This document shows, piece by piece, positions 35,028-42,756 of a stretch of 44,509 bases of DNA. This stretch comes from Peptococcaceae bacterium. Lineage in GTDB: Bacteria > Bacillota > Peptococcia > DRI-13 > UBA5745. The position numbers and the translations under genes are program-made. Each line of letters begins with the position of its first letter. The first letter of the stretch is position 1. The stretch covers positions 1-44,509 of the forward strand of contig JAISDE010000061.1 in assembly GCA_031265035.1 (NCBI GenBank), written 5' to 3'. The notes under the pieces are model-generated. The model worked only from the letters and a program-made list of their open reading frames with translations, ran no database searches and was not told the origin of the DNA.

Positions 35028-35086
35028 CAGGATATGATATACTCATTTCAGGATATGATGTACTGATCAGGATATGATATACTGAT
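35028..35086. repeat. three 19-bp direct repeats (CAGGATATGATRTACTSAT) upstream of the SNF2 gene
   Basis: Copies at 35028-35046, 35049-35067 and 35068-35086, ending 36 nt before ATG 35122. Confidence 0.85.
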
Positions 35087-35121
35087 TTCCGGCAAGGAAA
35101 GTGAAAGGCGAGGTTGATGTT

Positions 35122-37836
35122 ATGAATCTCAAACCCGTTAAAGAGGAAGTATTGTCCCAGTTGCGCTATGAAGAAATCGCCTATGGTGAGATCCTGTTTA
35201 ATAATTGTGATTGCCAAATCCTGTCCCAATCGCCAGTGTCCATTGATTTTCTGGTAAATACCGCTGGCGGGAATGAGTCCGCGGAATACTCCCTGCTGAT
35301 TGACGGCGACCAAGACGACGTTTTCAGATTGACGCCGGCGGTAAACAATAAATCGGTGGGGTGGGATCGCTTTTCCTACGCCTGTTTGCTGCAATATGAG
35401 CAGGAATTGAGCCTGCTTGACCCCAAGGTAAAAATCGATCACAAAAAATACACCCGCCGGGGCATGATCAAGCGGGTGCTGAGTGAGCGCCGCCAGAAAG
35501 CCGATAAGGCGGCATACAGCGTCCGGTGGGCAAACAACATCTATGGGGATCATTACTTGACCAACGAGCGGGGCGCGAGATACAAGGTATTCCTGCGGGA
35601 TTTCACGGCGGAAACCGGCTATAGCGACAGCTGGGACGCGAGGCTCAACAAGCTGGGAACCACCAAACATATTATGTTCGCCTTCAACGAGTTAAAGAAA
35701 AACCCCGAGTTGTTCGCGGGGCTGGACAAAACGTACCCCTTTATCGAGGTGTTCTGCGATCCGCTGAATGAATACAAAATCACCTGGTATTATCCGGATA
35801 AATTGCCTGTAGGCGAGCGGCTCCTAATCTCCCGTTACTTCAAAAAGCAGGCTTATATTGAGAATACGGCGGCTGAGATCAAGTCCTTTCTGGGGTTTAT
35901 CGAAAAAGCGGCGGAATTTGAGACTATTCGCGTCCGCCCTGAAGTCAGGGAAAAGGTAGAGCGGGTTTTTGAGCAAGCTTTGCTCAAAGAGCTGGCGCGC
36001 GCCCACAAGCCCGATTATTCGCTGATTAAAGCGGCATTATTCCCCTATCAAAAAGAAGGGGTAGAGTTTGTCCTGTTTAAAAATGTGGCTGTTATCGCGG
36101 ACGAGATGGGCTTGGGGAAAACCTTGCAGGCCATGGCTGCCGCCGTGTTCAAAAAGCAGGTGTTCGGCTTCAAAAAAACACTGGTCGTTTGTCCCGCTAC
36201 TTTAAAATCCCAGTGGAAAAAAGAGATCGCGGCGTTCACAAACGAAAAAGCGCTGATCGTAAATGGCAAACCGGAAGAAAGAGCGGCTCAGTATCTTGAC
36301 GACGGGTACTTTTTCTTTATTGTCAATTATGAGACTATTTTGCGGGACAGCCTGGCCATCAATAAAGCCGGGATTGATTTCCTGATTCTTGACGAGGCCC
36401 AGAAAATTAAAAACTTCGAGACGAAAACCTCATCCGCCATCAAACGGCTGCAAGCCAAACATACGCTGGTCATAACCGGCACGCCGATAGAAAACCGGCT
36501 GATTGACATTTTCTCGGTTATTAGCGCGCTCGACCCATATTTCTTCGGCCCCTTGTGGGAATTCTCCTATCAGCATTGCCTCTTTGATCCTGAGAAAATA
36601 AATAAAATCAACGGGTATTACAATCTGCAAGCCCTTAACGGTAAACTGTCGGATATATTGATCCGGCGCGAGAAAAGAAACGTCTTGGATCAGTTGCCTA
36701 ATGTGCGGCAAATTGATATCCCGGTTGAGTTGTCGCCCCAGCAGGCCGAGTATCACGCGTCCTACGCCAAGGGCATCGCCGCTATTTTGCGCAAGAAATT
36801 TCTTACCGCTTACGACATGCAGCGATTGCAGCTGCTGCTTAGTAATATGCGGATGGTTTGCGACTCGACTTACCTGATAGACGAGGAAACCAACGTATCG
36901 CCTAAAATGGTGGAATTGGAAAATATCCTTTTCGAGCAGTTTGACCTGAAAAATACCGACCGGAAAATAATCATTTTTTCCGAGTGGATCAAGGTGCATA
37001 AACTAGTTGGGCAGCTGCTCAGGCAAAACAAAATCGGTTTTGTGGAGCTTAACGGGAAGGTCCCCGTTAAATCAAGAGGCGACCTTATCAAGAAATTTGA
37101 GAGCAGCCCGGACTGTAAAGTTTTCCTGTCCACAGAGGCCGGCGGCGCTGGGCTGAATCTGCAGGTCGCGGACACGCTGATCAATTTCGAGTTGCCCTGG
37201 AATCCCGCTAAAAAGAATCAGCGCATCGGGCGTATCGACCGGCTGGGGCAAAAGAGCGATAAGCTCACTATTTACAATATGATCACCAACGGCTCAATTG
37301 AGCGGCAGATCGCCGCCGGTTTGCTGGTAAAACAAAATCTCTTTGAGAGTGTTTTAGATAGCGGCAGCACAACGGACTACGTTGATTTCTCGTCCAAAGG
37401 ACGCTCGCAGTTTATCGACCAGTTGGAAAACTTCATCAGCCAGACAGAAGATGAAGGCCAGGCAGATGACGAGACGGGCGCGGGCGATATTTCCGTTGAC
37501 CAGCGCGAGGAAGATATAATCCATGAGGAAGATATAATCCATGAGGAGGCAGTTAAATGCGAAGAAACTGTGGAATATGAGGATGAAGACGAATATGAAT
37601 TGGAATATGAAGACGAGGACAAAGACGAATTGGAAGTGACCGAAAAGCAAAAAACCAGATCGGGCGAAAGCGAGTCAAAAGCGGTTGAGATGGAGCAGGT
37701 GATGACCAGCGGTATGCAATTTCTGGCCGGGCTGTTTAAAATGTCCACAGGTAAAGACTTGGGCTTGGAAAACCGGCAAATAGCGTTCAATAAAGAAACG
37801 GGCGAAGTCACCATGACCTTCAAATTGCCGATATGA
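35122..37836 (+). CDS. SNF2/RAD54-family helicase (YwqA-like) with an acidic C-terminal region
   Basis: Start at ATG 35122. Motif I ADEMGLGKTLQ, II LILDEAQKIKN, III VITGTPIEN, V STEAGGAGLNLQ, VI WNPAKKNQRIGRIDRLGQ. ~300-aa N-terminal domain. The acidic tail carries a perfect 18-bp duplication (37507-37524 / 37525-37542, EEDIIH x2). Confidence 0.9.
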   Translation: MNLKPVKEEVLSQLRYEEIAYGEILFNNCDCQILSQSPVSIDFLVNTAGGNESAEYSLLIDGDQDDVFRLTPAVNNKSVGWDRFSYACLLQYEQELSLLDPKVKIDHKKYTRRGMIKRVLSERRQKADKAAYSVRWANNIYGDHYLTNERGARYKVFLRDFTAETGYSDSWDARLNKLGTTKHIMFAFNELKKNPELFAGLDKTYPFIEVFCDPLNEYKITWYYPDKLPVGERLLISRYFKKQAYIENTAAEIKSFLGFIEKAAEFETIRVRPEVREKVERVFEQALLKELARAHKPDYSLIKAALFPYQKEGVEFVLFKNVAVIADEMGLGKTLQAMAAAVFKKQVFGFKKTLVVCPATLKSQWKKEIAAFTNEKALIVNGKPEERAAQYLDDGYFFFIVNYETILRDSLAINKAGIDFLILDEAQKIKNFETKTSSAIKRLQAKHTLVITGTPIENRLIDIFSVISALDPYFFGPLWEFSYQHCLFDPEKINKINGYYNLQALNGKLSDILIRREKRNVLDQLPNVRQIDIPVELSPQQAEYHASYAKGIAAILRKKFLTAYDMQRLQLLLSNMRMVCDSTYLIDEETNVSPKMVELENILFEQFDLKNTDRKIIIFSEWIKVHKLVGQLLRQNKIGFVELNGKVPVKSRGDLIKKFESSPDCKVFLSTEAGGAGLNLQVADTLINFELPWNPAKKNQRIGRIDRLGQKSDKLTIYNMITNGSIERQIAAGLLVKQNLFESVLDSGSTTDYVDFSSKGRSQFIDQLENFISQTEDEGQADDETGAGDISVDQREEDIIHEEDIIHEEAVKCEETVEYEDEDEYELEYEDEDKDELEVTEKQKTRSGESESKAVEMEQVMTSGMQFLAGLFKMSTGKDLGLENRQIAFNKETGEVTMTFKLPI

Positions 37837-37859
37837 ATCTGCTGGATTTACCTGGACTT

Positions 37860-37897
37860 GCCTGAATTTGCCTGAATTTGCGAATTTGCCTGAATTT
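37860..37897. repeat. 10-bp-phased GCCTGAATTT repeats (about 3.5 copies)
   Basis: GCCTGAATTT at 37860, 37870 and 37888, with GCGAATTT at 37880. The array ends 20 bp upstream of the -35 box of the tRNA-Ser promoter. Confidence 0.8.
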
Positions 37898-37917
37898 ACG
37901 GTGGGCGAAAAAGTAGA

Positions 37918-37946
37918 TTGACTTTCCGGGCCGGGAAACATATAAT
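37918..37946 (+). promoter_or_regulatory. near-consensus promoter of tRNA-Ser
   Basis: TTGACT (37918-37923), 17 nt, TATAAT (37941-37946), 35 nt upstream of the mature tRNA 5' end. Confidence 0.7.
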
Positions 37947-37981
37947 ATCTAACGAGCGGTTGCTCATGGACGTCAGGGCGC

Positions 37982-38075
37982 GGAGAGATGGCCGAGTCGG
38001 CTGAAGGCGGTCGCCTGCTAAGCGATTATACGGGGTCAACCTGTATCGAGGGTTCGAATCCCTCTCTCTCCGCCA
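37982..38075 (+). tRNA. tRNA-Ser (anticodon GCU), class II with long variable arm and encoded CCA
   Basis: Acceptor GGAGAGA/TCTCTCC, D stem GCC/GGC, anticodon arm GTCGC-CTGCTAA-GCGAT, long variable arm, T arm GAGGG-TTCGAAT-CCCTC, discriminator G, CCA. Confidence 0.9.
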
Positions 38076-38235
38076 TTTTTCCAAATTTTAACCCAAACGC
38101 CGTCGGGCGCCAGCGCGAACCTGAACCGGTTTTTTTGTCGGGGAGGCGTTCATGGCGGTGTTTATGTTTGGTGACTTACTGTAAAAAAAATAGCGATCGC
38201 AAAGGAGGGGGGCGATACCACTGAAAAAGAATAAG

Positions 38236-39057
38236 TTGGTTGCTCCCGTACTTAAATGGGTTGGTGGCAAACGTCAGTTGCTGGATGTCCTCATGCCCTT
38301 GCTTCCCAGTAAGGTTAGTACATACTGTGAGCCATTTGTAGGCGGTGGCGCGTTGCTGTTTGATTTGCAACCTAAGGTCGCCTATGTGAATGATATAAAT
38401 AATGAGTTAATCCATGTCTATGAGGTAATCAAAAGCGATGTTGAGGCCCTCATTACCGCTTTGCGAGACTTTGAGAATAAAGCCGATTATTTCTATGCCG
38501 TTAGGGATTGGGATAGAGATAAGGTAAAGTACTCTACGTTATCGGATATCAAAAAAGCTGCCCGCGTACTGTATCTAAATAAGACTTGCTATAATGGCTT
38601 GTTTAGGGTGAACAACGCGGGAGAATTTAATTCGCCTTTCGGAAATTATCGCAACCCAAATATCGTTAATGCCCCTATATTGCGGGCAGTTAGCTCGTAC
38701 TTAAACACCGCTACAGTTCATTTAACTTCCCTTGACTATTGGGAAGTTTTGCGGACATTGCCGAAAGGGGCTTTTGTTTATCTTGACCCACCGTATGATC
38801 CAGTTTCGGATACAGCTAGCTTTACGGGTTATGCCAAAGGAGGCTTTTCGCGTGAAGCGCAAATACGGCTTCGCGAGTGTTGCGATGAATTGCATAAATG
38901 CGGTTTGAAATTTATGCTTTCCAATTCCGCGACAGATTTCATAAAAAAACAGTACGCCGCCTATCATATTACGATTGTACAGGCGAAACGCGCTATAAAT
39001 TCCGACGCCGCGAAGCGCGGTGAGGTTGAAGAAGTAGTTGTGAGAAATTATGAGTAA
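38236..39057 (+). CDS. D12-class (Dam-like) N6-adenine DNA methyltransferase
   Basis: LKWVGGKRQLL, motif I EPFVGGGALL, motif IV LDPPYDP. The track start is TTG 38236. The true start may be upstream (ATA 38215 or CTG 38221), just after AGGAGG 38203-38208. Confidence 0.88.
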   Translation: MVAPVLKWVGGKRQLLDVLMPLLPSKVSTYCEPFVGGGALLFDLQPKVAYVNDINNELIHVYEVIKSDVEALITALRDFENKADYFYAVRDWDRDKVKYSTLSDIKKAARVLYLNKTCYNGLFRVNNAGEFNSPFGNYRNPNIVNAPILRAVSSYLNTATVHLTSLDYWEVLRTLPKGAFVYLDPPYDPVSDTASFTGYAKGGFSREAQIRLRECCDELHKCGLKFMLSNSATDFIKKQYAAYHITIVQAKRAINSDAAKRGEVEEVVVRNYE

Positions 39058-40342
39058 CTCACCGAAAAACCTTAACGATACCGCGTGGGAGCAATTATTT
39101 ACAAAGTATGACATTCTAAAGCAAGTTGATACCCATGGTCGGTTTGAAATTTCGGCTACACAAATAAAAGATTTCCGGGAACCGCGTCTTATGGCAAAAT
39201 TTGACCACACTATAAATTTGCCGAAAATTTTTGCCGATAACCGTTTGGCTATTCTGCCAATTACGCGAGGAGACTACGTTATCTCACATTTCGAAGCATA
39301 CCATAAATTTGAGAAAGATGATGCGCCCATAACAAGAGTATCGTTGCCGACATACATTCAAAGTCTTGATTCCTCAAATATCCCCAGCGAAGCTATTGCC
39401 TTAAATTGTGCCGTTGCCGCGGGTATTGTAGCCGAATTTCTTCAAGATGAGGATATTGTCCCTACCGTTTCGGGGCGTATGGGTTCTGGTTCTTTTGCTT
39501 TTAATATAGCAAATTCAAGAGCAAACGCGCTCTGTTGTATACATGTTACTAACTCACAAATAGAAATTGACGCTGCCTATGAGGGTGTTGAAGGGTTAGC
39601 TCTGTTTGAAGCCAAACGCGACTTGTCGGAGGATTTTTTAGTCCGACAGCTTTATTATCCGTATAGGGTATGGAGAAACCGTGTGACAAAAATAGTTCGT
39701 CCGCTGTTTCTTGTGTATTCTAACGGAATTTATAGGTTATATGAGTACGCTTTTCAGGACTTGAATAATTACAGTTCGCTTGTACTTATTAGCCAAAAAA
39801 ACTACTCTGTTGAAGATACGACTATTGAGATAACCGACATTCAAGGGATACTTAGTCAAGCAATAACAGCACAAGAGCCAGAAATACCTTTCCCCCAAGC
39901 GGATAGTTTTGAGCGGGTTATAAATATATGCGAATTGCTGAATGGACAAGAATTAAGCCGAAACGATGTAACGGAACAATACGCTTTCGACGCAAGACAG
40001 ACGAATTACTACACCGATGCGGCACGGTATCTCGGCTTGCTTGAGAAGACTAAATATGGCTTAACGCCTGTCTATTCGTTGAGCGATAAAGGGAAACGCA
40101 TACTGAATTTAAGATTTAAGCAACGCCAACTGGCATATTGTGATTGTATTTTATCCCATAAAGCGTTTAGCGACGCGCTCCGAAAATATCTTGAAATTGG
40201 TAACATGCCACAAACGGGAGATATTGTCGAAATTATGAAACAGGCTGATCTTTACCATGTTGAAAGCGATAGTACCTTTGAACGCCGTTCTTCCACAGTC
40301 AAGTGTTGGCTTAATTGGATAATAGGACTTATTAACGAATAG
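39050..40342 (+). CDS. putative type II restriction endonuclease (PD-(D/E)xK) cognate to the D12 methyltransferase; family not recognised
   Basis: 8-nt overlap with the methyltransferase stop. SQIEIDAAYEGVEGLALFEAKRD gives D174...E187-A-K189 (39563-39616). The C-terminal ~120 aa look wHTH-like. Confidence 0.6.
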   Translation: MSNSPKNLNDTAWEQLFTKYDILKQVDTHGRFEISATQIKDFREPRLMAKFDHTINLPKIFADNRLAILPITRGDYVISHFEAYHKFEKDDAPITRVSLPTYIQSLDSSNIPSEAIALNCAVAAGIVAEFLQDEDIVPTVSGRMGSGSFAFNIANSRANALCCIHVTNSQIEIDAAYEGVEGLALFEAKRDLSEDFLVRQLYYPYRVWRNRVTKIVRPLFLVYSNGIYRLYEYAFQDLNNYSSLVLISQKNYSVEDTTIEITDIQGILSQAITAQEPEIPFPQADSFERVINICELLNGQELSRNDVTEQYAFDARQTNYYTDAARYLGLLEKTKYGLTPVYSLSDKGKRILNLRFKQRQLAYCDCILSHKAFSDALRKYLEIGNMPQTGDIVEIMKQADLYHVESDSTFERRSSTVKCWLNWIIGLINE

Positions 40343-40426
40343 CAGTCTAATATAAATAATGAAGTACGGTTTAAAAATGCAAACAGCGCCATGCGCTGAC
40401 TGATTAATTCTTCGAGAGGCAGGAAC

Positions 40427-41932
40427 ATGAAAGCGACCGATGTAACGGTTCAAGATTTTATAGGCGGTCTTAAAAAAGCCTTTATCATCCCGCCATATCA
40501 ACGTAATTACGCTTGGGGTGAAGACCAGTGCCGTGAGTTCTATGATGATATCATGCGCTGTGTAGAGACTGGCGGGAACCATTATATCGGCAATGTGGTT
40601 TACTATCTTGGCGAAAATAGCGGCGGCGCATTCCAAGAGATGATCCTTGTGGACGGACAGCAGCGCATAACCACCATCTTACTTTTGCTGTGCGCTTTGC
40701 GTGATATCACGGATGATGAGGACTTAGAGGGTGACATTGATGAGCAATACTTGTGTAACAAACGCGCAAATGAAGTTTATCGTATCCGATTGAAACAGAC
40801 AGTTTCTGATGGAGAGAGTTTTACTGCAATTATTGATGGCGCCGATACACAGGATATGAGTTGTAATGTTGCAAAGAATTACCGTTTCTTTAGAAAAAAA
40901 CTGCTAAGTTATTCAGGCGAATTATCTGCGGTACTTGATGCGGTAGCGCGAATGCAATTGGTAGACGTTAATCTACAAATCGCATCAGATACAAAAGACA
41001 GTCTACGTATTGTCCAAACCATATTCGAGAAAATAAATTCAACCGGAAAACCTTTGAGCCAAGCCGATTTAATTAGAAATTATTTGCTTATCGCTCCTTC
41101 AGATGAAAAGCAGAGCAAATGGCATAAAGATTACTGGTTGAAAATCGAAAGAAATCTTGGCGTGGACAATATATCGGCTTTTTCCCGCGATTTTCTTCGA
41201 ATGACAGATTGTGAAGAAATACGCGAAAATGACACATATCGAGAGTTTAAGAATTATGTCTCGAAAGACATGCAAGATGATCAGGAACTCGTTCTCAAGA
41301 CACTGCTCCGTTTTTCAAAATCATATTCATGGCTGATAAATCTCGATTGTCCTGATGAAGAATTGAACCGTGAGTTAACAATGTTGCGCAATCTGAAGAG
41401 TAACGACTTCGCTCCTCTTGCTCTATATCTACTGGATAGACTCTACGATATAGCTCTATCGGAATTGAGACTGATAATTCACCTGATAGTTGATTATCTT
41501 CTTCGCATGAGAATTGCCTCGCCGACTACAGGTAGCGGAACCACACGAAGTTTATCGTTTGAACTGATTCGAAAAATGCGAGATGATGGCGAAAATAGCA
41601 TTGCCTGCTCATATGACGCCATACTATTCGAACTCTCAAATAGTCCTACTATTGCTAGCGAGTTTCCATCTGATGAAAGATTTATCGCGGCGCTTCAAGG
41701 TATTTTTTATCATTTGTACGCCCGGGAGTTGCTGCTTAGGGTAGAAGAATACGAAACAAAAAATATCCCTGTAGACATATCGAAGGTTACAGTTGAACAC
41801 CTTATGCCACGAACCATTTCTGATTGGTGGAAACAGAATTTAGGCGGCAACGAAGAAGCCGAACGTATCCGGCTCACTTATACAAACCCCAGCTCTTTTT
41901 GCCGAATCGGCCAACGATGTTGGTTGGTATAG
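40427..41932 (+). CDS. DUF262 (GmrSD-type N-terminal domain) protein, apparently truncated within the C-terminal DUF1524/His-Me finger region
   Basis: IPPYQRNYAW and LVDGQQRITT are DUF262 hallmarks. The C-terminal VTVEHLMP starts the DUF1524 motif, but the expected downstream H..GNL..L..N segment is absent and the ORF ends in PSSFCRIGQRCWLV. Confidence 0.75.
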   Translation: MKATDVTVQDFIGGLKKAFIIPPYQRNYAWGEDQCREFYDDIMRCVETGGNHYIGNVVYYLGENSGGAFQEMILVDGQQRITTILLLLCALRDITDDEDLEGDIDEQYLCNKRANEVYRIRLKQTVSDGESFTAIIDGADTQDMSCNVAKNYRFFRKKLLSYSGELSAVLDAVARMQLVDVNLQIASDTKDSLRIVQTIFEKINSTGKPLSQADLIRNYLLIAPSDEKQSKWHKDYWLKIERNLGVDNISAFSRDFLRMTDCEEIRENDTYREFKNYVSKDMQDDQELVLKTLLRFSKSYSWLINLDCPDEELNRELTMLRNLKSNDFAPLALYLLDRLYDIALSELRLIIHLIVDYLLRMRIASPTTGSGTTRSLSFELIRKMRDDGENSIACSYDAILFELSNSPTIASEFPSDERFIAALQGIFYHLYARELLLRVEEYETKNIPVDISKVTVEHLMPRTISDWWKQNLGGNEEAERIRLTYTNPSSFCRIGQRCWLV

Positions 41933-42122
41933 CAAAGACAAAAATGCTTTTAAGAAGACTGTTCAGATCCCTGATTCTCCTTGGTTTTGCTGTGGTGGAG
42001 GATATGACGGAAAACATTTCCGTAACGTGGCGGCAAAGCTCGCGGAAAAGATGGGTTGCCTAGATGGTATTCAGTTGGAGGTTGTCAATCCTGTGGGAGA
42101 TGAATAAGAGGAATAGTAATTA

Positions 42123-42419
42123 ATGGCGGTGATTATTATGCTTACGCTTGAAACAATCCGCGACAGGGTGAAACCCGTCGCGAAGAAATACGCTGTTGTT
42201 CGTCTTGAGCTTTTCGGCTCGTACGCGGACGGCACGGCGGATGAAAATTCAGACGCGGATTTCCTTGCCCGGTTTGCCGCGCCCGTGCCGTCGATATTTA
42301 AAGTTATGGGGTTCCGCGAGGAACTATCGCAATCACTCGGTCTGCCTGTTGATGTGGTGACGCTGCCGCTCGCTCATCCTGAAAAACTGCGCGTGTCGCG
42401 TACGGAGAAAATTCTATGA
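42123..42419 (+). CDS. MntA-type nucleotidyltransferase (antitoxin of HepT/MntA)
   Basis: LFGSYADGTADENSDADF is the GSx(n)DxD minimal nucleotidyltransferase motif. 4-nt ATGA overlap with the next gene. Confidence 0.85.
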   Translation: MAVIIMLTLETIRDRVKPVAKKYAVVRLELFGSYADGTADENSDADFLARFAAPVPSIFKVMGFREELSQSLGLPVDVVTLPLAHPEKLRVSRTEKIL

Positions 42420-42751
42420 ATGAGCGTGATCGAGCAAACATTGAACGCATTGCCGAAGAATTGCGTTACATCAAAAGCGTGACCGAAAAAATTTCACGCG
42501 AAGAGTTTCTGCGCGATGATACATTGCAACATGCGTTGTCAATGTCGATACTGACAATCGGGGAATGCGCCAATCATCTGTCCGATGAGTTTAAAGACTG
42601 TAACCAACAAATTGAGTGGGTTCAGATTGTCGCGGTCAGGAATATCGCGGCGCACGGTTACTGGCAACTTGATATGCGGCAGGTATGGCAAGCTATTGAA
42701 GAAGATATTCCGGAGCTTGACACGTTTATACGCGGGCTGTCAGGTGAGTAA
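42416..42751 (+). CDS. HepT-type HEPN (DUF86) toxin
   Basis: VRNIAAHGY is the Rx4H HEPN motif. Size (111 aa) and pairing with the nucleotidyltransferase are typical. Confidence 0.85.
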   Translation: MNERDRANIERIAEELRYIKSVTEKISREEFLRDDTLQHALSMSILTIGECANHLSDEFKDCNQQIEWVQIVAVRNIAAHGYWQLDMRQVWQAIEEDIPELDTFIRGLSGE

Positions 42752-42756
42752 ATTCC

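Noticed and set aside
35008-35670. 220-aa minus-strand ORF overlapping the SNF2 5' region
   Set aside because: It is antisense to a helicase gene with a complete motif set. It has no SD and no motifs.
4515-37897. Short repeat arrays as CRISPR
   Set aside because: The units are 8-20 bp, directly adjacent or at most a few nt apart with no spacers, at most 5 copies, and no cas genes are present.
38076-38235. Terminator or att repeat just after tRNA-Ser
   Set aside because: I found only weak 4-8-bp palindromes (such as AACCGGTT before a T run). No copy of the tRNA 3' end appears at the far side of the island, so nothing is firm enough to annotate.
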